From assembly GCA_026683435.1 (NCBI GenBank), contig GCA_026683435.1_4866.1: a DNA stretch of 64,000 bases; one strand, given 5' to 3'. This document shows positions 9,925-18,969 of this stretch, in pieces. Position 1 is the stretch's first letter; each line of letters begins with the position of its first letter. This DNA is from a phage. Below the pieces are notes generated by a model. It did not search any database. It saw nothing but the letters and a program-made list of their open reading frames with translations, and had not been told where the DNA came from. Both the position numbers and the translations under genes were made by a program.

Positions 9925-11337
9925 CTACTTAAAGCCGTCCAGTTCACCGTTAAGAGACGTTAACGTTGTCTTGTCGGGGGGAGTATACATTTCAGCGGTA
10001 GCCGCAATAGGTTGGAAGTCGACTGTCTTCGGCAGCATTAATGCAGGCGGATGCAGTGCGAAACTGTTTTCTGAAGTAACAACTACCGGTTCGAAATCGG
10101 TAGTATCTGGATTACCGAGCACCAACGGCTTGAGACTAAACGTGTTTTCTGCGGACACGCTGCACGGTTGGAGGCTGTAATCTACCGCGCCGTGGATATC
10201 TTCTAAGCCCAAGGTAACCGTGGACTTATCCACCAACTCTAGCACCGGGAACCAGTAGTAGTTGCCTGCGCTCGATGATTTTTCTAAGTTTGTCCAACTG
10301 GCTCCAGACAACGTCGCCATGCGATGATAGGCGACGTTGGTCTTCAGTGTATCTTTCAATAAACAGAACAGCGTCCAGTAACTGTTAATCGGTTTGTCCC
10401 ACGTTCCATTATACAGAAAGTTGAACATCTCAAACTCACTACCTGCTAACTCAGCGGCAGTTGGGGTGCCGCTGACGTATGGGTCTTTCCCGGCACTAGG
10501 TAGACGAACACGGAAGTAAAACCTTTTGTTGTCTGCGCCTGTAAAGCTAATGATGCGTCCCTGGTTAACGGGCGTCGCCGCAGGGTATTTACCATTATCA
10601 TCTGTTCCGTAAACGAGTCCGTTTGTATATAATGTATTCCAGGAGATGGAGCTAGCGACAGGACTGATCGGGAGGTAAATAACCCTACCCTGGTAAAAGA
10701 ACTTGTACCAACCTTCGGCACCAGAATGTACCGGTGGTAACGCACCGGCCGATATAGTGGCATTAAGAAGTTGAGAGTGTGTAAACAACTCTGCAATTGT
10801 GGTTGTTCCGAAATAACCCGCAATAGTGTTACCTTGCAGCAACGTTTTAGGGCCAGGTCCAGAATCGGGGTAAATTGCACCGCTCGGGACGGTATAACGT
10901 ATCGTTAAGCTGCCTGTAAACGCAGGGCAATTACCTGAGATATTTAATTTCAGCGTCTGCGGCGAAGCGCTCGGTTTAGGTAGACTTGCGTCAGGTAACT
11001 GCAAATCAGAAGCAACTAATGTAAGCCCCAATGCGTCGTTTATTGCAGGTAGCGCGTCTCGTACCGTTAAGACTGTATCTTTGATAGCCACAGTCGGCAC
11101 AAAATTAAATAAAGTGGCCAGGTTAATCCGGTCGTAGTACACGGTAACATTACCTTGTACACCTGTCCCTGGATACCCGGTGAAAACAGCTTTGGTGTTA
11201 CGTTGGTTTAACGTAACTGAAGTTGGGCCGCTGGTTAAAGCAGCGATAGCCGGCGTCAGCTTAACAACTAAATCAGGGTTATCCCGATTGACTTGGTCGT
11301 ATACAAGCAGTGCCGACTCCTTCGAGTAAAATAGCAT
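9925..11337 (-). CDS. array paralog A-type, 470 aa
   Basis: ATG at 11337; N-module ...NQRNTKAVFTGYPGTGVQGNVTVYYDRINLATLF; core DSGPGPKTLLQGNTIAGYFG, LYTNGLVYGTDDNG; C-terminal NGELDGFK. Confidence 0.6.
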   Translation of the reverse strand: MLFYSKESALLVYDQVNRDNPDLVVKLTPAIAALTSGPTSVTLNQRNTKAVFTGYPGTGVQGNVTVYYDRINLATLFNFVPTVAIKDTVLTVRDALPAINDALGLTLVASDLQLPDASLPKPSASPQTLKLNISGNCPAFTGSLTIRYTVPSGAIYPDSGPGPKTLLQGNTIAGYFGTTTIAELFTHSQLLNATISAGALPPVHSGAEGWYKFFYQGRVIYLPISPVASSISWNTLYTNGLVYGTDDNGKYPAATPVNQGRIISFTGADNKRFYFRVRLPSAGKDPYVSGTPTAAELAGSEFEMFNFLYNGTWDKPINSYWTLFCLLKDTLKTNVAYHRMATLSGASWTNLEKSSSAGNYYWFPVLELVDKSTVTLGLEDIHGAVDYSLQPCSVSAENTFSLKPLVLGNPDTTDFEPVVVTSENSFALHPPALMLPKTVDFQPIAATAEMYTPPDKTTLTSLNGELDGFK

Positions 11338-11352
11338 AGGGACTCCGCATCG

Positions 11353-11382
11353 CCAAAAGAGGGGGGGCTCCGAAGAGCCCCT
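11353..11382 (-). terminator. hairpin terminator after gene 11387..12214
   Basis: ggggctc-cgaa-gagcccc, G7 run in 5' arm; T-rich on minus strand. Confidence 0.55.
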
Positions 11383-11386
11383 ACAC

Positions 11387-12214
11387 TTAGCTGTTATAGT
11401 GGTAGTACGCCACGCCTTTCACGCCTTCCTCATCGATACCCGTTTGGACAACCACGCGGTCGTACGATTTGTTAGCGAACTGAGCGGTGGATGTCGGCAC
11501 ATCCTGAACGGTGTTACTGTTCAGTGGCCCCGCGTAGTTCGGAATACCCAGGTCATCCAACACCTTACGCAAACCAGCCCACTGCGGTAGGCCAGAAGCA
11601 TCTACTGTCAGTAGGTTTTTATACGCGGTAAAGTCAATACCGTACGTCAACAAATCAATACACTTCTTACCGAGAGACGGTGAAATAGGCTCTTGAATCG
11701 CATTCAAGACATCCGATTTCACCGAAGTGTCTAGTACCGGTAAACCACGGTTATAACGCAACGTCGCAGAACCGATATAAGCCGGAGATGTCGATAGCGC
11801 TACGATGTTCTGTGTATTGGTGTAATTTGGGGTATTGGGACCCGCCAGTGGGAGGTTATAGATATCGATTGCAGAGAAGTTTACTCCGTAAGTATCCAAG
11901 AGCACCGAAAAGGCTGAGTGGAGGTTGGGAGCGTCAAACGTGACGAACTGCGCCTGGACAGAAGGACCCCACGGCAATAACCGCGCTAAGTTCACACGGT
12001 CGTAGTAAACGGTGATTGCGTCTCGAAATCCAGAACCCTGAATACCGCGCAAGCGTGCCGACGTATTGCGGTTGTTGGAAGCTGCATTAACGGGAACCTG
12101 TGTCACTTTCTCCACGTAGCAGTTTGCCGGCGACGCTTTAATAGGTAGGTTTGGGTTATCCCGGTTAATGAGGTCAAAGACCAACTCGTTTGACGGCTTA
12201 GCATAGTTGATCAT
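11387..12214 (-). CDS. N-module paralog, 275 aa, C-terminal YYHYNS (C-type end motif)
   Basis: Track start 12217 is TTG; ATG at 12214, 4 nt after upstream stop. MINYAKPSNELVFDLINRDNP...NNRNTSARLRGIQGSGFRDAITVYYDRVNLARLL. Confidence 0.6.
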   Translation of the reverse strand: MINYAKPSNELVFDLINRDNPNLPIKASPANCYVEKVTQVPVNAASNNRNTSARLRGIQGSGFRDAITVYYDRVNLARLLPWGPSVQAQFVTFDAPNLHSAFSVLLDTYGVNFSAIDIYNLPLAGPNTPNYTNTQNIVALSTSPAYIGSATLRYNRGLPVLDTSVKSDVLNAIQEPISPSLGKKCIDLLTYGIDFTAYKNLLTVDASGLPQWAGLRKVLDDLGIPNYAGPLNSNTVQDVPTSTAQFANKSYDRVVVQTGIDEEGVKGVAYYHYNS

Positions 12215-12217
12215 CAA

Positions 12218-13105
12218 TTATACCTCGCTTGGATCGTCCAGATCGTTGAACTGGAGATACAACGTTCCGACGATGGTGGTACAGGTAACAGGCAGTTTCA
12301 ACACCAGCGCATACTTGTACTTCGCGTTTGTCGGCATTGCAACAGGGTCATTCAGACCAACGCTGATAACCTCCGCGCCCGCCAAACCGTAGGAAGCGGA
12401 AGTGGTCGCTACCCATGCAGTACCCGTGATATCTTTCAGCAGGTTAACCATATCCGTCAACGGCTGTCCAGACAGAATACCCGGCTTGTATGCCAGCAGA
12501 GCATCTCGGTACTTAGTGAAGTTGTACGGGTAGGAATAGACCTCTGCAATGACCGCAGTAACATTTTCGGAACCCATCTGACCGTTCGGGTATTTCAGAC
12601 CGGTCAGGACGTTAGTAGTGACCGCAGAGACTAACGACTCATCGCCTTTCACGACTTTAAATGTCGCCTGTCCAACCCAACCGATAGACTCTGGATGTGC
12701 AACAACACGCACAGTACCTTCGGTCTTATCACCGTTCCATTCGATATCTGCGTCCTGCAGGTCAGCTTCTTCCAGAACAAAACCGTAACGTTGGTTCAGT
12801 CCAGGAATGGCCGCATACAAGGTTTCGTTGGATGGGCCGATCGCCAACGTGTCACCAATCAACACTAACAAGTCTTCGACTTTCATGCGGTTGTAGAAGA
12901 CATTTTTCTTACCCGACCAGGTAGAGCCCGTTACCCCATCTGCCGTAATTTTAATTTGCGTGTTACGGTTAGTCAGCGTTTCCTTTTCCGTACCACGGAT
13001 GTCCTTTGGCGTGGACCAGATGATGTCAGTCATCTTAACAGCAAGCGAGTTCTGTGCGTTCACTGCTGCCAACAGGACGTCTTTAGAAGGTTGATAAATA
13101 GCCAT
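12218..13105 (-). CDS. N-module paralog C-type, 295 aa
   Basis: MAIYQPSKD...TNRNTQIKITADGVTGSTWSGKKNVFYNRMKVEDLL...RYGFVLEEADL; C-terminal LYLQFNDLDDPSEV. Confidence 0.6.
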   Translation of the reverse strand: MAIYQPSKDVLLAAVNAQNSLAVKMTDIIWSTPKDIRGTEKETLTNRNTQIKITADGVTGSTWSGKKNVFYNRMKVEDLLVLIGDTLAIGPSNETLYAAIPGLNQRYGFVLEEADLQDADIEWNGDKTEGTVRVVAHPESIGWVGQATFKVVKGDESLVSAVTTNVLTGLKYPNGQMGSENVTAVIAEVYSYPYNFTKYRDALLAYKPGILSGQPLTDMVNLLKDITGTAWVATTSASYGLAGAEVISVGLNDPVAMPTNAKYKYALVLKLPVTCTTIVGTLYLQFNDLDDPSEV

Positions 13106-13115
13106 TCGCTAATTC

Positions 13116-13955
13116 CTAGTTGTTGTAGTGCAACATACACTCGCCGATTACTTTCGGGTCGTTCTGAATGCCGGTAATCAGCAATACGTTATCGTACGCT
13201 TTATTGGCGGTCGCCAACTCACTCGTTTTGTAGCGGGTAATTGTGCAGTTCGTCGGATCAAACGACGGTACCCCACGTGCGACCAATGTGGCCATCAGAT
13301 TGGACGTGTAACCCAAATCAAAGTTACTTCCTACGTCCATTCGCCCGTTCTTAAACGAGGCCATAACCTGCACTTCATCGGTAAAGTCTTCCCCGTACGT
13401 CAAGAAGCCCATGTATTTCTTACCAGTGCTTGCTGCTGCAGGGTGGTTCAAAGCCAACAAGATGTCGTTTACCACGAGGTCTTCGAGGCTATTCTTACCC
13501 CGGATAGACATAAAGGTGATGCTGCCAGTGTATTGGATACAGCTAGCGTTAATACGCATCGTGTTGTTTACGTTCAGATAAACGTATTGTTCTGGGATAT
13601 CATCTGCAACCAGGTTTAATCCATAACGACCGTTCAGGTTCTGCGCAAACGCAGTACGTTTCGACTCCACGTTCAACCAACCGTAGGCATTCGGTGCAGT
13701 TACCTGAGGTGTCATGTTCTTAAATAAGTCGTTCAGCGACAAGCGCTTATAACGGAACGTTTGAGGACCGATATAACCACGACCTTGACGACCACGAATG
13801 ATAATCTCGGTGTTGGCACCGCTTGCTGTCGGTGTGATTGCTTTCGGCGTACCGATGATAGCATTGTCTAAACCCATCGGTAGAACAGCATCCGGGTTTT
13901 CGGCATTAATCGCATCGTACAGATATTGTCGCTGAGACAGACTATATAAAGCCAT
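13116..13955 (-). CDS. N-module paralog C-type, 279 aa
   Basis: Track start 13973 is TTG; ATG at 13955 with GAGGAGG 4 nt upstream (MALYSLSQRQ...). Module ...GRQGRGYIGPQTFRYKRLSLNDLF...RYGLNLVADDI; C-terminal MLHYNN. Confidence 0.65.
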   Translation of the reverse strand: MALYSLSQRQYLYDAINAENPDAVLPMGLDNAIIGTPKAITPTASGANTEIIIRGRQGRGYIGPQTFRYKRLSLNDLFKNMTPQVTAPNAYGWLNVESKRTAFAQNLNGRYGLNLVADDIPEQYVYLNVNNTMRINASCIQYTGSITFMSIRGKNSLEDLVVNDILLALNHPAAASTGKKYMGFLTYGEDFTDEVQVMASFKNGRMDVGSNFDLGYTSNLMATLVARGVPSFDPTNCTITRYKTSELATANKAYDNVLLITGIQNDPKVIGECMLHYNN

Positions 13956-13970
13956 AATAGCCTCCTCGGC

Positions 13971-14012
13971 CAAAAAAGAAAGGAGTAGCCAGGAGGAGGA
14001 TTTCCTCCTCCC
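13971..14012 (-). terminator. hairpin terminator after gene 14025..14936
   Basis: ggaggagg-attt-cctcctcc; minus-strand T-run (plus caaaaaagaaagg). Confidence 0.6.
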
Positions 14013-14024
14013 AGCGAGGCCTAA

Positions 14025-14936
14025 TTAGGCATTAAAGTGCAGGTACATGATACCCTGGAAGTTGGTGCACAGAGTGTCATCCAGCTGCAGCAGCAGAACC
14101 TGGTTGTAAGCAGTGTTTGCACCTTCAACCGGTTTCTTAGGTTCGTCGCCTGAAGCAGTGCCATCGTCAGTAGTAGAACCAACGTACAACACGTTAGCGC
14201 CTTTCAGGTTATAATCCGCAGGCTTATCAGATGCAACCCACAGTTCCGGCACAACTTTATTCAGCTCAACCGGGAATGCAGAGTCGCCAGCGATAACACC
14301 TTTCGCCTGTACTTTCAGGAATGCTGCGATTGCTGTGCAGTCTACACCGTAAGAGTAGATGTAACCCTGACCCTTCGCAGCGCTTGGACCATCTGGGTAA
14401 ACCAGGCCGTCGAGCTTGGTTTGTGTTACCACCAGACTCAGACGTTCACCAACCTGAGGCTTAGCACCGATTTTAACCGGGATGCTGCCCAGATAAGCGT
14501 AGCAGTCTTCTTTGAAAGTAATGACGTGGTCAACCGGTGCTGGGTCCGGATCGTTCGGGTTAGTCAGCGGCGGGTTGGTATTTTCCGGAATAGCCGCCGG
14601 AACGATATCGTCTTCGGTCAGCTTCAATCCGTATTGGGTGTTCAGGGTCGTCAGCAGGTCGGTGGTGGTTTTCGGCAGTTTAACGTCGAGGTATGCGGTT
14701 ACATTACGGAACAGCGCACTGCCTTCCAGGCGATTATAAGTCACGTCCTGAGTACCGATGTACCCGGAGTTCTTTTTCGCAGTCAGGGTCATGCTGGTAT
14801 TGCGATCGGCACCTTCATCGCTAATAGGGGTCGGTGTGCCGAGCGTTATTTTAGAAAGTTCCAGTTCTGCGTCTGGGTTTTTCTCATTAATAAAATCCAG
14901 AACCAGCTTATCGGACGTTTTGTTTAAAGGTTTCAT
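14025..14936 (-). CDS. N-module paralog C-type, 303 aa
   Basis: MKPLNKTSDKLVLDFINEKNP...ADRNTSMTLTAKKNSGYIGTQDVTYNRLEGSALF...QYGLKLTEDDIV; C-terminal MYLHFNA. Confidence 0.6.
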   Translation of the reverse strand: MKPLNKTSDKLVLDFINEKNPDAELELSKITLGTPTPISDEGADRNTSMTLTAKKNSGYIGTQDVTYNRLEGSALFRNVTAYLDVKLPKTTTDLLTTLNTQYGLKLTEDDIVPAAIPENTNPPLTNPNDPDPAPVDHVITFKEDCYAYLGSIPVKIGAKPQVGERLSLVVTQTKLDGLVYPDGPSAAKGQGYIYSYGVDCTAIAAFLKVQAKGVIAGDSAFPVELNKVVPELWVASDKPADYNLKGANVLYVGSTTDDGTASGDEPKKPVEGANTAYNQVLLLQLDDTLCTNFQGIMYLHFNA

Positions 14937-14957
14937 TCTTACTTCCTTTACTCAGGA

Positions 14958-15803
14958 TTAATCAGGGTCGTTGTAATGCAAATACAAACGCCCGCCAAAA
15001 TTCAGACAGTACAACGACAGCTCCACAATCAGCACGTTGTCGACTGCTGGGTTGGTTGGTAATTCCGCTTTGTTACGCCCGTTATAGACGACGACGGCTT
15101 CACGAAGGTTAAAGTCGATAGGGTTGCGGTACGTTGTCCAGTTATCACCGGTGACCGTTTTGAGAATCTGTGCCAGACGTTCTGTGGTTATCGCAGCACC
15201 TAGTCGTTGAAATTCCTCCGCGAAATTATCAAAGCGCCAGGGATACGAATAAACTGCACCTTGACCGACCTTGATGTTAAAATACGGATACTCGTAAGGC
15301 ATCACTGTTAACGGTTCGAAGTTTGCAGGAAGCAACGCATCGCCTGGTAACAGCTGTACCTGTTGTTGCCCTATCCAACCTAAAGAAGTGGGCGTGGCAA
15401 TCAGATCCACACGCCATGTCTTCCTGTCGATTTCGGTATTCACCACATCTGCAGGTTTAAGGCTGAGACCGTAATACTGGTTAATTAACCCGACCACGTC
15501 ATGCATCTGGTAAACAGCATCGAGACGTGCAGGAACACGTAGAGGTTGAATCCCGTCCGGATCGGTAAACATGTCTGCGAAGTCAACACGATCGTAGTAC
15601 ACGGTAGTGGCACCGATAGCATTAGCCGTGGCCAATGCCTGAATGCGCACCATCGCGTTGTGACCGTTAGCTTTTGCCAGGTCTTCGTCAGACGTCGGAA
15701 TCGCAGGGACACCAAAAACAACATCTTCGACTTTTAAATCGAGATTGTTTTCGACGTTAACTTCCGCGATAATAATCTTTTCAGCTGTGGCTAAAAGTGG
15801 CAT
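14958..15803 (-). CDS. N-module paralog C-type, 281 aa
   Basis: ...TTVYYDRVDFADMF...YYGLSLKPADVV; C-terminal LYLHYNDPD. Confidence 0.6.
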   Translation of the reverse strand: MPLLATAEKIIIAEVNVENNLDLKVEDVVFGVPAIPTSDEDLAKANGHNAMVRIQALATANAIGATTVYYDRVDFADMFTDPDGIQPLRVPARLDAVYQMHDVVGLINQYYGLSLKPADVVNTEIDRKTWRVDLIATPTSLGWIGQQQVQLLPGDALLPANFEPLTVMPYEYPYFNIKVGQGAVYSYPWRFDNFAEEFQRLGAAITTERLAQILKTVTGDNWTTYRNPIDFNLREAVVVYNGRNKAELPTNPAVDNVLIVELSLYCLNFGGRLYLHYNDPD

Positions 15804-15813
15804 GTCAAAATCC

Positions 15814-16656
15814 TTATATCGGGAGATAATGAAGGATGAGATTACCGGCGTAGTTGCTGTCCGCAGCTAGCTTGATAATCGCCACACGCTGATAATCGGG
15901 GTTGTAACTATCGTTCGGTGTGACTGAAGTTATCCCCATAAATCGTGCACCTTGGAGTGCAATTTGTTCAGGTTGCGCATTCGCCCCCGTCACATATGCA
16001 AACTTTAATGGCACCACTTCATTCAACAACTCAACATCCGCTGCAGTGATTGCACGGTTGTAAACCCAATCGGTGGTGAACTGTTTTTGCAGTTCAGTCC
16101 AATCGTAACCATACGCCACATACTCAGCCTGCGGTTTACTAGCAACCACGAACGGCGCGATAATTGCGCTGAGGTCAACATCCGTCACCACATCCGCCAA
16201 GTTCGGGAAGAACTTCGCAAAGCGTAAACGGAAACCACCTTGCCAGGCCAAGCAACCGGGCTTAATAGTCACATCGATTAACCAGCTTTCTCCCAAATCT
16301 TTTACTGACTGGTCAACGATATCGTCGGCAACTAAAGACAAGCCGTATTTCGCATTCAGAAACGGCAACAACTCAGAGAGTTTATTTACCGGGTCGGCAA
16401 CGACTACCGGTATTACGTTCCTGAACAGAATTTCCATTTCGATACGGTCGTATTCGAGCGTAACGTTGCCTTTGTAGCCCTTGCCGTTCAACCCGTATAA
16501 GAGCACACGCGTATTCCGGTCAGCGCCAGGCGTTTGGACAGACTCAGGGAAGCCAGTTGCAACCTGCTCCCATGTGAGTGGATTGGCCGTTAATCCGTTC
16601 TGTCGGTTAATAGCATCTAACAACATCTCTTTCGAGGGCTTATCGTAAATAGACAC
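15814..16656 (-). CDS. N-module paralog C-type, 280 aa
   Basis: MSIYDKPSKEMLLDAINRQNG...ADRNTRVLLYGLNGKGYKGNVTLEYDRIEMEILF...KYGLSLVADDIV; C-terminal LILHYLPI. Confidence 0.6.
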   Translation of the reverse strand: MSIYDKPSKEMLLDAINRQNGLTANPLTWEQVATGFPESVQTPGADRNTRVLLYGLNGKGYKGNVTLEYDRIEMEILFRNVIPVVVADPVNKLSELLPFLNAKYGLSLVADDIVDQSVKDLGESWLIDVTIKPGCLAWQGGFRLRFAKFFPNLADVVTDVDLSAIIAPFVVASKPQAEYVAYGYDWTELQKQFTTDWVYNRAITAADVELLNEVVPLKFAYVTGANAQPEQIALQGARFMGITSVTPNDSYNPDYQRVAIIKLAADSNYAGNLILHYLPI

Positions 16657-16666
16657 CTATACCCTC

Positions 16667-17464
16667 CTAGTTGTTAAAGTGTAGGTTGAGGCTGCCCTGG
16701 AAGTTCGTACATTTATCGGTCAGTTGCACTGACACGACTTTCGCGAACGCCGTATTTGCTCCCGGCAAGTCTGCAGGTACGCCGTCGAATACGACAGTGG
16801 CACCACGCAGGTTATACGGGGATGGGGTATCTTCAGCTACCCAAATCTCAGGAACACATTTGTTGAGTTCGATTGCCAACGCCGTGTCATCTACCTCGAT
16901 ACCGACCGCTAAGAGGCTCAGGAAACGAGAGATGTGGCTACAATCGATGTCACGCGAATAGATATACGCCTGACCCAACTGGATGTCCTGGTGATCCGGG
17001 TACAGAAGACCGCTCAACTCTGTATTGGTTACTACTTCTGCCAGAGGTGTAGCAGGTTTCAGCTCGATGACCGCTTGACTTCGCCACTCGTGGGAAGTTT
17101 CAACAGCAACGACTGTGTGCGTCTGTCCATCAATGGGGTTATCTTCGATATCCTCAGGTAAGATAGACAGATTAAAACGCTCGTTAATCGCCGCGAGTAA
17201 GTCGTGCGTGGTTTGCACGTCCTCGTCTCCAAAGGCAACATCGCCTGTAAGGTAGTCCTCTAATGGGCGACGATGGTAGTCCACAATCACTTGCGTACCT
17301 TCATCACCGCGCATCTTCGAGGTAAGGACTACCTCCGAATCACGACCGTCTACTGACACAACCTCCGGCAGTCCGATATCAACATCGTCAAAGGTAAGCG
17401 GTGGGCTTATCTTATTCTCTTCGTTGATGAGTTTTAGCAGATTCTGTTTTGAAGTAAAAGACAT
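16667..17464 (-). CDS. N-module paralog C-type (first gene of array), 265 aa
   Basis: MSFTSKQNLLKLINEENK...; C-terminal SLNLHFNN; divergent N-module. Confidence 0.55.
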   Translation of the reverse strand: MSFTSKQNLLKLINEENKISPPLTFDDVDIGLPEVVSVDGRDSEVVLTSKMRGDEGTQVIVDYHRRPLEDYLTGDVAFGDEDVQTTHDLLAAINERFNLSILPEDIEDNPIDGQTHTVVAVETSHEWRSQAVIELKPATPLAEVVTNTELSGLLYPDHQDIQLGQAYIYSRDIDCSHISRFLSLLAVGIEVDDTALAIELNKCVPEIWVAEDTPSPYNLRGATVVFDGVPADLPGANTAFAKVVSVQLTDKCTNFQGSLNLHFNN

Positions 17465-17565
17465 CGCGTTAACTCGAGTTAAGGGATTATTGAGGTCGTA
17501 AGATTTTTAGACCCCCTGCCAGCATATTAAAAGCGTAGTGCGTACCAGAATCCGAACAAGAGCAA

Positions 17566-17618
17566 ACAAAAAAAGAAAAGGAAACAAAAAAGAAGGGGAG
17601 CCGAAGCTCCCTTTTCTT
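17566..17618. terminator. hairpin terminator after gene 17643..17861; T-run also on plus side
   Basis: gggagc-cgaa-gctccc preceded by long A-rich tract and followed by ttttcttc. Confidence 0.6.
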
Positions 17619-17642
17619 CACGACTATATCCTCAATCGTCGA

Positions 17643-17861
17643 TTAACAGACCCACACAAGGCCGTTATTCTTTGGGCGGTCTTTAACACCGTAGGTTACT
17701 TCAACATTGTCAATCTTTTTTTCGTCGTCTTTCATTGTATTCATGAAAGCTTTGGCTTCTGCTGCAGACATTTTCAGCAGCAGGTCAATCATGTCGGGCT
17801 TACGTTTGGCTGCGGTTTCAACAACAGGTTTGATTTCAGATTTGGAGAACAGGTTGCGCAT
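17643..17861 (-). CDS. small hypothetical protein (72 aa)
   Basis: ORF with AAGGAA-type SD before ATG at 17861; lysine-rich. Confidence 0.45.
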   Translation of the reverse strand: MRNLFSKSEIKPVVETAAKRKPDMIDLLLKMSAAEAKAFMNTMKDDEKKIDNVEVTYGVKDRPKNNGLVWVC

Positions 17862-17922
17862 GGGATATTCCTTTTTTGTAGATTGCGGGTGAATTGGCGG
17901 GACTTTGCCCGCCGGGTTATTA

Positions 17923-18369
17923 TTAGTGTACTTCTTTTTCTAAACGCAGGCGATGCGTCGCTAAGGCAACCGCGCGGTTTTCGAATTCAAGACTGAATGG
18001 ACTGATTTGTGCCATGTATTTCTTTACAACATCGTCAGAGACAACTTGACGACGATAATCACGAATCATTTCAGCGAAGCTGCTAGTAGGAAGTTCGTCG
18101 TATTCGATTTCCATACCACGTCTATTGATGTAATACGAAGCAACCATGTCGTTAAACATTACGTCACCGGCTTCACCTAAAGGGAACTCGTCACGTGTGG
18201 GTTCCGTAGTCTGGAACGTGGCTTCTTTGGCGTTGGCGATAATCTCTTCGAAGTCCTCAGTAGTGAATTCGCTAGGGTCTTGTTTGTTGGCCGCCATCAC
18301 GATTAGGAAAGAAATCATAATCGGGTTTTTGCTAGCGTACTTAGTAAGTTCGTTATTCAGAATGTACAT
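17923..18369 (-). CDS. hypothetical protein (148 aa)
   Basis: ATG at 18369 preceded by AAGGAG; downstream of promoter-like element copy 1. Confidence 0.7.
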   Translation of the reverse strand: MYILNNELTKYASKNPIMISFLIVMAANKQDPSEFTTEDFEEIIANAKEATFQTTEPTRDEFPLGEAGDVMFNDMVASYYINRRGMEIEYDELPTSSFAEMIRDYRRQVVSDDVVKKYMAQISPFSLEFENRAVALATHRLRLEKEVH

Positions 18370-18370
18370 G

Positions 18371-18450
18371 TTAAAACTCCTTAAGATAATGGTCGATTAG
18401 ATAAGAGTTAATGGTTAACTCTCACCTAAGTAATATATATCTGAAAATAA
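18371..18450 (-). repeat. duplicated promoter-leader unit (copy 1 of 2; partner 37126..37205)
   Basis: About 80% identity by eye with small indels; both contain the core motif, a stem-loop (agagttaa...ttaactct) and an AAGGAG SD. Confidence 0.6.
18424..18448 (-). promoter_or_regulatory. conserved quasi-palindromic promoter/operator-like element, copy 1
   Basis: Plus-strand cacctaagtaatatatatctgaaaa; coding-strand core AGATATATATTACTTAGG contains a -10-like TATATT. Confidence 0.5.
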
Positions 18451-18465
18451 TTGTAATCGGACTAG

Positions 18466-18504
18466 ACAAAAAAAGAAGAAACCCTACTCCCGAAGGAGTA
18501 GGGT
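18466..18504 (-). terminator. hairpin terminator after gene 18541..18969
   Basis: ccctactcc-cgaa-ggagtaggg preceded (plus) by aaaaaaagaagaa. Confidence 0.7.
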
Positions 18505-18540
18505 ACTGCTTTATTCGCTACCCTTGGGATAAGCGTCATC

Positions 18541-18969
18541 CTAGTTGATGTGGAGTAGAGTGTCCTTCAACGCCTTCTGCTTTTCGTACGACTGACGACA
18601 CAAGGAAGTCAGCGTCGAATACGCCGTGCCGGTACGCACCGGTAATTCGCCACCCGCTTCGGTGGGTTCTGTACGAACAAAAGACCCTTCTTCAAACGGC
18701 GGCGCTGCGTGTGGGAAGTTCTTTTTCATGTATCGCTTATACCAGCCGGCTACAACACGGATAACTTTTGGCATCTGAGATCGTCGGTCACGTACTTTCT
18801 TCCCGTGCATCTGATTCATCTCGGAAGACATGCATAGCGAGGTGTACTGACTGAATCCGTCACTGACCCACTTACCGTCCTGGACCAGTAATTTCTTACC
18901 AACTGCTACAGCGATTCTCGGAGAGAAAATGACCGCACCATCTTTACGTTTCTTAGGCTTAAGCATCAT
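18541..18969 (-). CDS. hypothetical protein (142 aa), basic N-terminus
   Basis: MMLKPKKRKDG...; N-terminus resembles that of the next gene (MLKPRKQKR). Confidence 0.6.
   Translation of the reverse strand: MMLKPKKRKDGAVIFSPRIAVAVGKKLLVQDGKWVSDGFSQYTSLCMSSEMNQMHGKKVRDRRSQMPKVIRVVAGWYKRYMKKNFPHAAPPFEEGSFVRTEPTEAGGELPVRTGTAYSTLTSLCRQSYEKQKALKDTLLHIN

Noticed and set aside
11359-11366. G7 homopolymer as a phase-variation tract
   Set aside because: It lies in the intergenic terminator stem between array genes, not in a coding region or a promoter spacer.
17465-17640. tRNA genes in the longer intergenic regions (17465..17640, 18370..18540, 37126..37288, 38781..38941, 59150..59481)
   Set aside because: These regions are filled by terminator hairpins, promoter-like elements and leaders; no cloverleaf-compatible arrangement or conserved T-loop (GTTCRANYC) was seen by eye. 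A tRNAscan-SE run would settle this.
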